Source: a virus
Lineage: Duplodnaviria > Caudoviricetes
Direction: 5' to 3' (one strand)
DNA length: 64,000 nt
IMG/VR virus record: IMGVR_UViG_3300032292_000698
Coordinates: 1 to 64,000 of that record
Shown: in pieces, positions 9,658 through 17,656 of the stretch
Layout: each line of letters opens with the position of its first letter
How positions within the stretch are numbered: the first letter of the stretch is position 1
The notes under the pieces: generated by a model
Databases searched by the model: none
Told to the model about the DNA's origin: nothing
Seen by the model: the letters and a program-made list of their open reading frames with translations, nothing else
Program-made: the position numbers and the translations under genes

Positions 9658-11263
9658 ACTTTAGATCACCGTCGTTCAATAAATCCATGTTTTTTAGTTT
9701 CTCGTTTACAGATGTACAAACCTTTTCTTCTACTGTCTTTGCAACAAATACAATCTTTTGAATACTCTTACTCTTTGCACTATCACGCCATACACGTCCA
9801 GTGGCTTGTCTCATTTGCACAGCAGAATAAGAAGGACTAATCAATGCCAATCTAGGATGTTTACCGTTCAAATCGTGTAATGACAATCCAGCACCACCAG
9901 CTGCAATATTGACCAGAATAATACGTTCTTTGTCTGCCTGAAACGCATCAATACTGTTTTGTCGATCAACATCTGATACAACACCATTAACAATACACTT
10001 GGTTCCAAGACGTTTAGATAGTGCATCAATTGTTTCTGTAAAATTCAAAAACAACACTACACTCATGTTGTTTTCCAATGCTTCTTCTACCATTTCCACA
10101 AACAATGGAACCTTCACCAGTTCCACCTTTTGTCTGGCTCTCAAAATAGCAGTCAATTCGCTTGCACTATCTAGTTTTTCCTTTTTGATCTTCTTCTTGA
10201 GTTTAGCAAGTTCCGCTTCCATTTCGTCATAAATGGAATTGATCTTATTTTGTGCTTCTTCTTCCATGTCATAACATTCGGCACTGATTTGACTTTCTGG
10301 AAAGTTTGGAATTGTATCTCTTGTAAGACGTGAACCCCGATTAACAAAAATATCTTTGTGAAGTTTCTTCAATACATCTTTGTTGTTGTTGAATTGAAGA
10401 CCAAATCGTCCTTTTGATACTCCATGAGCATACAACCACTGATAATACTGACGGTTGTTTTCAAACAGTTTTATTGCCATTCCCACCGTTTTTAGTTCAA
10501 GAGGATTTGTTGCGTTAGTAGCACTACAAAACAACATCTTGTATTTTTCTTTGAGTGCCAACAAACACACTTCACTGTTTTTGGTGTTGGCTCCTTTCAA
10601 CTTTTGACTTTCGTCCCAAATAATCAAAGTAGACTTGGGGATTTTCCATTTAAACTCTTCTTTGTGAGTTTTTCTGTTCTTCACATAAGATGCAATCAGA
10701 GAGTCACTACGTCCCATACGAAGAAGTTCATAGTTGATGATGCCGATCAAACGGCTTTTCATCTTGAAGTGGTTGAATATAACCCGTTTCCAGCTCTCCA
10801 TAACCGCTTTGGGACACACGATCAGAATGTCCATGTCCAATTCACGGGCAACACCGCATGCGACGTAGGTCTTACCGATGCCAACGTCACTGCCGTCAAT
10901 TCCACATCCCCATTTATTAATCACCGAACACAACTTAGCAACACTTTCAACCTGCCAAGGTCGTAGACCATCCGAATGTTTCATCACATGAGGTTTCAAC
11001 ACTACATCTTCTGATATCAGTTCCTTCTTATTGGCTTTAGATTTGCTAAATTGATCTTTGGTGGTTTGTGTCTCTATCAAATACCAATCGTTGTCTCGTT
11101 TGGAGACACTGTAACCTTTATCTTTGAGTTTGAAGTTGTTAGTCTTCCAATATACAAAGAAAGGATTACGATATTCAGTGGGTATAAGCCACTCTCGTCT
11201 CCACATTCCCTTTTCATCTGCCATTTGGTAGGGTTCACCCCACTGAATATCCAAATTGATCAT
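9644..11263 (-). CDS. SF2 (SNF2-like) helicase
   Basis: LRPWQ, DVGIGKT (Walker A), IWDESQ, SAT, AGGAGLSLH, QATGRVWR. Likely start at 11263. Confidence 0.9.
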   Translation of the reverse strand: MINLDIQWGEPYQMADEKGMWRREWLIPTEYRNPFFVYWKTNNFKLKDKGYSVSKRDNDWYLIETQTTKDQFSKSKANKKELISEDVVLKPHVMKHSDGLRPWQVESVAKLCSVINKWGCGIDGSDVGIGKTYVACGVARELDMDILIVCPKAVMESWKRVIFNHFKMKSRLIGIINYELLRMGRSDSLIASYVKNRKTHKEEFKWKIPKSTLIIWDESQKLKGANTKNSEVCLLALKEKYKMLFCSATNATNPLELKTVGMAIKLFENNRQYYQWLYAHGVSKGRFGLQFNNNKDVLKKLHKDIFVNRGSRLTRDTIPNFPESQISAECYDMEEEAQNKINSIYDEMEAELAKLKKKIKKEKLDSASELTAILRARQKVELVKVPLFVEMVEEALENNMSVVLFLNFTETIDALSKRLGTKCIVNGVVSDVDRQNSIDAFQADKERIILVNIAAGGAGLSLHDLNGKHPRLALISPSYSAVQMRQATGRVWRDSAKSKSIQKIVFVAKTVEEKVCTSVNEKLKNMDLLNDGDLKYEKN

Positions 11264-11264
11264 A

Positions 11265-11570
11265 TCAATGTCCCATTTCGTTAATATACTTGGCATGATG
11301 TGCCACTTCGTGTATATTACAACGGACGCATGAATTATTCTTAATTACACCAATTTCAACATATTCAGACATGGATTCGGTAAAGGTTCTTCCTAACGAA
11401 TCATCTACACCATAACCTAAATCAATCAAATTCTGCATGTACTGCTTTCGATTCATCTTGAACTTGTATTGTACAACACGTTCAAGAGTAGAAACTACTT
11501 CTTGTAGTGAATTGAAAATTGCAGGGTGATGACTAACTTGTTTATCGATAATATAATACTGTATGTTCAT
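11265..11570 (-). CDS. Hypothetical protein
   Basis: 101-aa ORF preceded by TATTTATT (11576-11583). Confidence 0.7.
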   Translation of the reverse strand: MNIQYYIIDKQVSHHPAIFNSLQEVVSTLERVVQYKFKMNRKQYMQNLIDLGYGVDDSLGRTFTESMSEYVEIGVIKNNSCVRCNIHEVAHHAKYINEMGH

Positions 11571-11660
11571 ATTTGAATAAATAACTATTCAAAATCAATG
11601 AACGTTATTTTAATTACACTCTATGAACATACTATAACCTATGTGTGTAACAGAATCAAT

Positions 11661-12617
11661 TTACTTTATCCATTTTTGTTCTTTTAGAATATCATCAATC
11701 AAATCCTTTTCTGCACTATCCATCTCTTTATCAAATCTCTTTAATATCTCATTTAACGGATACACTCTATCAGGAGATTCTTTTTGTTTTTCTTTTAATT
11801 CTTGAACCACATCAACAATTTTTACCAATGGTGATTTGTATTCATCAACCTTATCTTTTGATGCAAAATTTGCCATTTCAAACGCTTTGGGAGTCAATCC
11901 TTTAACTAATGCTAATATTGCTGATCCTAACATATTGAAAATGGAAAAAGCAGCACCAGCTGCTGGATGTACTGTGGCTAATACTCTTAATATAACGAAC
12001 ACCACAACAAATATGATAATGGCGGTCATTGCACTGACAAAGAATTTTTTCAATCCCCAAAAAACAGCGTTAAGACCAAACATGCCACTCATAGAATCAA
12101 GCGTGGCTTTATTTTGATCCGCTTCTTTTGCAATTTCTTTGGCTTTGTCTGTCATTTGCCAAAGTTGATCATCATATTGTGTTTTTAAATCTTCTTTTTG
12201 TTTTTGAAGATTTACAATTATACTATCTCTTTGTGATAACAACTCATCGCCTTTTTTACGTTCTTCTGTTAATGCAGAGTTTAATAGATCAACTGTGGCT
12301 TTAATTCGTTTGATTTCATCCAAATGCGGCGATCCTACGATTGAAACAACTCTTTCATTGAGATTTTTTGCTGTTTGTACTTGAATTGGCGGATTCGTTA
12401 CTTGGTTCAATGTATATTGAATTCCTTGTGATAACACCGATGCTTGTACACGTTTATTTTTCTCATTCTTTACAAGTTCATCATATGTTTCATCTACCTT
12501 TTTTTCTTGCTTTGCCACAGCATCTTGAGCTTCCGTAACTTGTTTAGACGGTTTTATTTTTGAAGAAAAACAACCAGTCAAAACTAATAAAAAAACTAAA
12601 GTAAGTACGTATCTCAT
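11661..12617 (-). CDS. Lipoprotein with long coiled coil and C-proximal transmembrane segments (spanin-like)
   Basis: Signal peptide with lipobox LTG-C16, about 160 aa helical region, TM FFVSAMTAIIIFVVVFVIL plus a second hydrophobic helix. Confidence 0.7.
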   Translation of the reverse strand: MRYVLTLVFLLVLTGCFSSKIKPSKQVTEAQDAVAKQEKKVDETYDELVKNEKNKRVQASVLSQGIQYTLNQVTNPPIQVQTAKNLNERVVSIVGSPHLDEIKRIKATVDLLNSALTEERKKGDELLSQRDSIIVNLQKQKEDLKTQYDDQLWQMTDKAKEIAKEADQNKATLDSMSGMFGLNAVFWGLKKFFVSAMTAIIIFVVVFVILRVLATVHPAAGAAFSIFNMLGSAILALVKGLTPKAFEMANFASKDKVDEYKSPLVKIVDVVQELKEKQKESPDRVYPLNEILKRFDKEMDSAEKDLIDDILKEQKWIK

Positions 12618-12652
12618 AATAGCAATAAATATGAGATTTTATAATTAAACAA

Positions 12653-12967
12653 TTATAAATTTCTTTCGGTTTGACCTCTAATAGTTTCAAAATATTGAAT
12701 CAAACGATTGACTACGTTTTCAGCAATATCGTCCAACCAATCGTTTGGATTAAATTCGGTAGTACTCAATCCTAAATGTACAGGTTTTAATTCACCTTTA
12801 TTAAACTCCTGTTTTAAAAAGTGAATTAGGTCAGCTTTTAATTGGTCTTTATGGTTAACTATAAAGACTTCACACAAACCAACTTCAGTTGGACCCTTAC
12901 CAAACCACTGACTCATGTCTTCGTCCAATTTTTCTATCTTGCTTAAAAGCTGTGATTCAAAGTCCAT
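12653..12967 (-). CDS. Hypothetical protein
   Basis: 104-aa ORF preceded by TATTTATT (12974-12981). Confidence 0.7.
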   Translation of the reverse strand: MDFESQLLSKIEKLDEDMSQWFGKGPTEVGLCEVFIVNHKDQLKADLIHFLKQEFNKGELKPVHLGLSTTEFNPNDWLDDIAENVVNRLIQYFETIRGQTERNL

Positions 12968-13030
12968 ACCACCAATAAATATACTTTAAAACATAGATAT
13001 ACCGTTTTTTATTATATTTATAGGTATTGT

Positions 13031-13429
13031 ATGCCACTATATCCGTTAAGCATTATATTTTCACAGCGAAATGCGTCAAATACCAGATTTGATGAAAAAT
13101 ATCTATCTGGTTCTAATATTTTGTTTGGTACCGATGCAAACGGTAATCTCACCGCAATTGATGCAAATAATATTCAAGTGGACGGCGCAGCCACTACCGG
13201 AAGTAATACCTTTTACGGTGATCAAATCATCAGTGGTAGTTTATACGCAACTGGTTCTGTTTCAGCACCAAGTGGATCGTTTATCTTCTTCCAGTTAAAC
13301 ACAACAGGGTCAGCTCCGAATACTCCGAGTGACCCTGGCTTAATAGGTGAAGTTAGATTAGATGACAACTACATTTATGTATACGTCCAAAATAGATGGA
13401 AACGTATTTCAGTAGCTATTTGGTCTTAA
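13031..13429 (+). CDS. Putative virion fibre/decoration protein
   Basis: TGSNTF.G.Q.ISGSL..TGS repeats and C-terminal G..GEVR.DDNYIYVY...WKR module; TATTTATA at 13015-13022. Confidence 0.65.
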   Translation: MPLYPLSIIFSQRNASNTRFDEKYLSGSNILFGTDANGNLTAIDANNIQVDGAATTGSNTFYGDQIISGSLYATGSVSAPSGSFIFFQLNTTGSAPNTPSDPGLIGEVRLDDNYIYVYVQNRWKRISVAIWS

Positions 13430-13710
13430 CCTTTCAGTATTTGTTTGATTTGAGGCGCCGTCACTTCATTGTGACTCAACACACCCAGTTTGCCCTTCAA
13501 CATTTGTAATGCTGCCTTTGGATTCATACGTCCACAATTGAATGCAAGTATACCATGGGCTTTACAGAAAGACTCCAATTCATCAATATCTGATTGAGGA
13601 AATTGTTGAACAGGAGGAAGAGTTGTATCCTCCCCCTGTTTCTTTCTACGAACCAACGATTGAAATATAGGATCGTTGACCGATGTTCCAATTTCAAGCG
13701 AGTTCATATA
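13426..13710 (-). CDS. Hypothetical protein
   Basis: About 94-97-aa ORF coupled to the upstream gene; start uncertain. Confidence 0.6.
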   Translation of the reverse strand, partial: YMNSLEIGTSVNDPIFQSLVRRKKQGEDTTLPPVQQFPQSDIDELESFCKAHGILAFNCGRMNPKAALQMLKGKLGVLSHNEVTAPQIKQILKG

Positions 13711-15475
13711 CTTCTTCAAGTTTCAAGAAACGGTGTTTGCCAAAATCAGTTACAACCTTTTTTGGGTCATACCAACTTGGAAGTTTTCCACCGCTTCTTT
13801 GTTGTTTTGTGAGATGTACATTCAAAAAGTGATTGGATCCTTTAGTGATGTCTTTTAAAGTTCCACTCTTTGCTTGTTGTACCAACTTTATAGCTTCTTT
13901 GTATTTAGAGTGATTCTTCTTGGAATCAATGAACTTTTTAATGTCATTAACATCCTTTTTATTTACCTTATTCCACCCACTAAACTGTTTTGGTTTGAGA
14001 CACTCCATTGCTGCATTACGTATATTGCCTTTTGCACGGTTCATGATGACGTTCAATACAGCATGCATGCCTTCACCCGCATTCTTTTCTCCACCAGCTT
14101 CATCTACAAGAGTGGCTGCAATAATATCTTCAACAGTATATCCGTATTGTTGTGAAGTTGCTGATACCGTTTGTGGTGAAACTGTTTTTTCTGGAGCAGC
14201 ATCCGCTTTGGGAGCACCCAACATAGATGTAGCAAGCGCAGTTGTTGCCAACGCTTGTTTCCAGTTTTTCCAAATTTCGTCCATTTGTTCTTCCGTTAGA
14301 TTTTCAGGTAACGCTATTCTGAAATCTTTTAGTCGTTTACGATCACTATCTATGACCAGCGCAATGTCTGGTCGATCATCTATGAACTTTTGAATTGCGT
14401 CAAGAGCTTTTTCTGAAATTTTTGGATAAATTCCTTCATGTCCATTTTTATAAAATCCACCACCCATGTCATATTGATCAGGAACACTATCCACAACAAT
14501 TCCGTTAGGTAGTCTTGAAATTTTAATGTATCCCTTCATGAATGCAGACTTCATGGGACTATCATCCACCATTTGAATATTTCTCTTCAAACGATTGTCA
14601 AGAACCCATTTTTTGTGATTTTTGTTTGCGTTAATGATTTCACCATCTGGAGATATCCAATATGAAGCACGATCTTCAGTCTCCATATCTTTTGGTTTTG
14701 GATTGTCTACAGTAGATCTAAATCCCATTGCTTGTGTTCTACGACGTTCTGGGTCATAAAAGTCATCACCTTCATCCAATTTTCTACCTTCTGGACCAAA
14801 ATGATCCAAATGGTGATATACATCATCAAGATATTCACCTGCTAAATTCAACTTGGCTTTAACCCAATCTTCTAATTTAGTCTCAGGTTTCAACATGGTT
14901 TGAAGTTCTTTGGCATCATTGTTGAGTTGTTTCAACGCACCCATAGCCATGTAACTATTACCAATATCCTCAATCAACGCTTCAACTAGATCTTTCAGTA
15001 CATCATTGTACAGTTCCACTTCACTCACAGAACTACTCTTGGTACGTTTTCCGGCCTGTCTAGCTCTACGACCTGCACAATGTGCTCGTTGACTAAATCC
15101 TTTTGGATGCGAACAATCAATACCCTGTTTGTATTTTCTACTCCACTTTTCGTTGATTTGATCTTCGGGAGTTCCAGCTTCTTTTTCGTCACGGTAAAAC
15201 TTCAAATAATCACGAACTGTGGCAACATAATCACATGCATGATTGAGTTTTGCTTCCACCCAATCCTCAAGATCCTCAGATGGATTAAACATTTTCTGTA
15301 GAGCTTCACTATACTTGATAAGTTTAGTTACATCACTCATAGCCATTTCAGCATTTTCAACCTGAACTTTCAATTTACCCACATGATGTTTTACATCGGT
15401 ATTGACAGGGTGGTCTGGATCTCCAAATCCTGTAGACATCGAGCGTTCCCATTGATCTTTAGTTAATTCATTCAT
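13694..15475 (-). CDS. Modular protein with C-terminal SleB/Hydrolase_2 cell-wall hydrolase
   Basis: IAATLVDEAGGE...GMHAVLNVIMNR...PKQFSGWN...DITKGSNHF...PSW...GKHRF; two LEDWV.AKL modules; Cys/His module KWSRKYKQGIDCSHPKGFSQRAHC. Confidence 0.85.
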   Translation of the reverse strand: MNELTKDQWERSMSTGFGDPDHPVNTDVKHHVGKLKVQVENAEMAMSDVTKLIKYSEALQKMFNPSEDLEDWVEAKLNHACDYVATVRDYLKFYRDEKEAGTPEDQINEKWSRKYKQGIDCSHPKGFSQRAHCAGRRARQAGKRTKSSSVSEVELYNDVLKDLVEALIEDIGNSYMAMGALKQLNNDAKELQTMLKPETKLEDWVKAKLNLAGEYLDDVYHHLDHFGPEGRKLDEGDDFYDPERRRTQAMGFRSTVDNPKPKDMETEDRASYWISPDGEIINANKNHKKWVLDNRLKRNIQMVDDSPMKSAFMKGYIKISRLPNGIVVDSVPDQYDMGGGFYKNGHEGIYPKISEKALDAIQKFIDDRPDIALVIDSDRKRLKDFRIALPENLTEEQMDEIWKNWKQALATTALATSMLGAPKADAAPEKTVSPQTVSATSQQYGYTVEDIIAATLVDEAGGEKNAGEGMHAVLNVIMNRAKGNIRNAAMECLKPKQFSGWNKVNKKDVNDIKKFIDSKKNHSKYKEAIKLVQQAKSGTLKDITKGSNHFLNVHLTKQQRSGGKLPSWYDPKKVVTDFGKHRFLKLEEVYELA

Positions 15476-16554
15476 AGTTCAGATAAATATTGTTTTACAG
15501 ACGCAACAACTTCTTCTTCTGGAGTGTTATCCAAGTTGTCACCATACTTCTTGTTCAAAAAGTCTTTAACTTGTCCTATAACCTTGCCTGGCTTCAAATT
15601 GAAGGTGTTTATGAGCCAGTCACCGGTATACTTGTCGGTCTTGATAACGTCGGCATCCAACTTTTGTTTTTCTTGTTCCACCTTTTCATACAATGATGGA
15701 AACAACGTCTTGAAAAAGTAATCATCATCCTGTACGGTACGACGTTGACCACTCAACATCAATTGATCACGAATGTATTGAGCAGACTTACGTTCAGCAC
15801 GCATCTTCTTTCGATCACCACGATTCAATTCACCTGCAATTTGACGCACGTCAAACAATGGAGATGTCTTGATATACTCAACGATATCGTCTTCGCTCTT
15901 GATGTTTGAGAAGTTGGTGTCAACTTTACGAAATCCAAGGATCTTTTGAGCTTCACGCAAATTCTTGGTGATCAAGATATCACGGTTTTGACCTTTTTTA
16001 TCAACAAATATCTTGAAGAATCCTTCGCTGCCGTATTTGAATTCCAATTTACGAGCAATTACACCTACGATTCCTGAAAAGTCGTTGTATGCAAGATAAT
16101 CCTGTTTGTTACGAGCATCTTCTTCGTCTTTAGCAACGATAAAATCGATATGAACGTGTTTATCCAACTTATCTGGGGTGTACAAAATGGAAAAAATGTT
16201 ACCGTTGGTAGTAGCAAACTTCTGATTTGGTTGGTAAACCAGTCCATTTGATGTTGCAACTGGTTGGGATGATGTGTTTGATGTGACATTATTACCCAAT
16301 GTGTTCAAAACAATATCACGGGTGGATTGTCCCATAGGAGGTACAACCACGATGTCAATATCACCGTGATCCATACGACTCGACAACTTGGTGGTGTTAT
16401 TGAAGCTAGAAAACTTCTTGGCAAGTTTCTTTTTCAACTCACCAAATACACCATGCATTTCTTCGGTAGTGACTCTGTTGGACAATGATCCAAACAGTTT
16501 CTTACTATTTTCCTCCGAAATGATTTGTTTGACAATCTCACTTAGTTTGATCAT
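15472..16554 (-). CDS. Pol-beta/PolX-fold nucleotidyltransferase-like protein
   Basis: DHGDIDIVV, VHIDFI, ARKLEFKYGSEG (PolX-like), C-terminal TGDWLI..FNLKPGKVIG (CCA-enzyme tail-like). Confidence 0.7.
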   Translation of the reverse strand: MIKLSEIVKQIISEENSKKLFGSLSNRVTTEEMHGVFGELKKKLAKKFSSFNNTTKLSSRMDHGDIDIVVVPPMGQSTRDIVLNTLGNNVTSNTSSQPVATSNGLVYQPNQKFATTNGNIFSILYTPDKLDKHVHIDFIVAKDEEDARNKQDYLAYNDFSGIVGVIARKLEFKYGSEGFFKIFVDKKGQNRDILITKNLREAQKILGFRKVDTNFSNIKSEDDIVEYIKTSPLFDVRQIAGELNRGDRKKMRAERKSAQYIRDQLMLSGQRRTVQDDDYFFKTLFPSLYEKVEQEKQKLDADVIKTDKYTGDWLINTFNLKPGKVIGQVKDFLNKKYGDNLDNTPEEEVVASVKQYLSEL

Positions 16555-17462
16555 GTATCTTTCAATATGTCGTTAAGTATATCAGTTAACCTGATAGAAG
16601 TTGGTTTGTCAACTGATTCATTCTTTTTCTTTTGCCAAGAAACTGGACTTGGACCTTTTTTCTTACTGGTTCCCGTTTTATTACATTGTGATGGTGTTGG
16701 ACGGCATGCTGGATACTTGGCTCTTTTCTCACCAGATTGACGACCACACGATTTACATTTCTTCGTTCCTGTCTTTGGATCTTTACGACATGTATTACAG
16801 TCAACCCATCCCTTTCCACCTTTACCTCCACGACGTGCAAACCATCCATGTAGACCTTGTTTCTTTTCTTTACTAAAGTCTTTTTTCTCTTCTAACTCAA
16901 CAGATTCTTCTTTTTTCTTCCAAATTTTACCTCTTCTGCATTGAACTATTGCACCCGATTTGTAAGCAGAGGTTTTTGAACCATACACACTATCTGCTTT
17001 TTTATGACATCTATCTTTCTTCTTTTTAAGTTCATCTAAAGATGGTTCGTCAATATCAAGTTCAACTGCTGCTGTTGGTCCCACTGGATCACTGTCCTTT
17101 ACCTTACCTTGAGGAGTTTTATTCATTGATCCCACCACATTATTTCCGGGTGTACAGGATACAGTGTTTCCAAGACGAGCTTTATCATTGAAACTCTGTT
17201 TTGGATCACCAAAGCCAGAGTTGGCTTGTGGTTGAAACTCTTTGGCAAGTCCAGCAGCCACCAACTTGGTATAATATTCTGGATCTTCGGTCAAATGATC
17301 CAATGCAATTTCGGTTGCAATCTTTTCATTGTTGGTATGTTCCATTTCTATTTGAACACCTATTGCAAGTTGTGAAGGATTGACAGTAGAAGGTGCAGTC
17401 GCATCACCAACTCCACCTTTTAGTTGTCCATCTTCGTTGATAAAAAAGTCTTTATACTTCAT
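16551..17462 (-). CDS. Modular phage protein (DUF5661-like module plus Cys/Lys-rich modules)
   Basis: GVQIEMEHT...IATEIALDHLTEDPEYYTKL; DRCHKKA..SAYKSGAIVQCR; GLHGWF..GWVDC..YPACRP. Confidence 0.7.
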   Translation of the reverse strand: MKYKDFFINEDGQLKGGVGDATAPSTVNPSQLAIGVQIEMEHTNNEKIATEIALDHLTEDPEYYTKLVAAGLAKEFQPQANSGFGDPKQSFNDKARLGNTVSCTPGNNVVGSMNKTPQGKVKDSDPVGPTAAVELDIDEPSLDELKKKKDRCHKKADSVYGSKTSAYKSGAIVQCRRGKIWKKKEESVELEEKKDFSKEKKQGLHGWFARRGGKGGKGWVDCNTCRKDPKTGTKKCKSCGRQSGEKRAKYPACRPTPSQCNKTGTSKKKGPSPVSWQKKKNESVDKPTSIRLTDILNDILKDT

Positions 17463-17656
17463 GGTCTGTTGTTACTCTTGTGTTTATGTTGTGAAGCTTC
17501 TTTTTCTGCTTGTTGCATTTTACTGTAACCATTAGAAGGATATGCATAATCGATTTGCCATCTACGACCTTTCATCGCTGGATGACCAATCAATGGATCT
17601 TGAATTTTCTTCTGTGATCCAATAATATACCAATCTCCCGGTGGTTTAGAATCCAT
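17459..17656 (-). CDS. Hypothetical protein
   Basis: 65-aa ORF overlapping both neighbours in a coupled manner. Confidence 0.55.
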   Translation of the reverse strand: MDSKPPGDWYIIGSQKKIQDPLIGHPAMKGRRWQIDYAYPSNGYSKMQQAEKEASQHKHKSNNRP

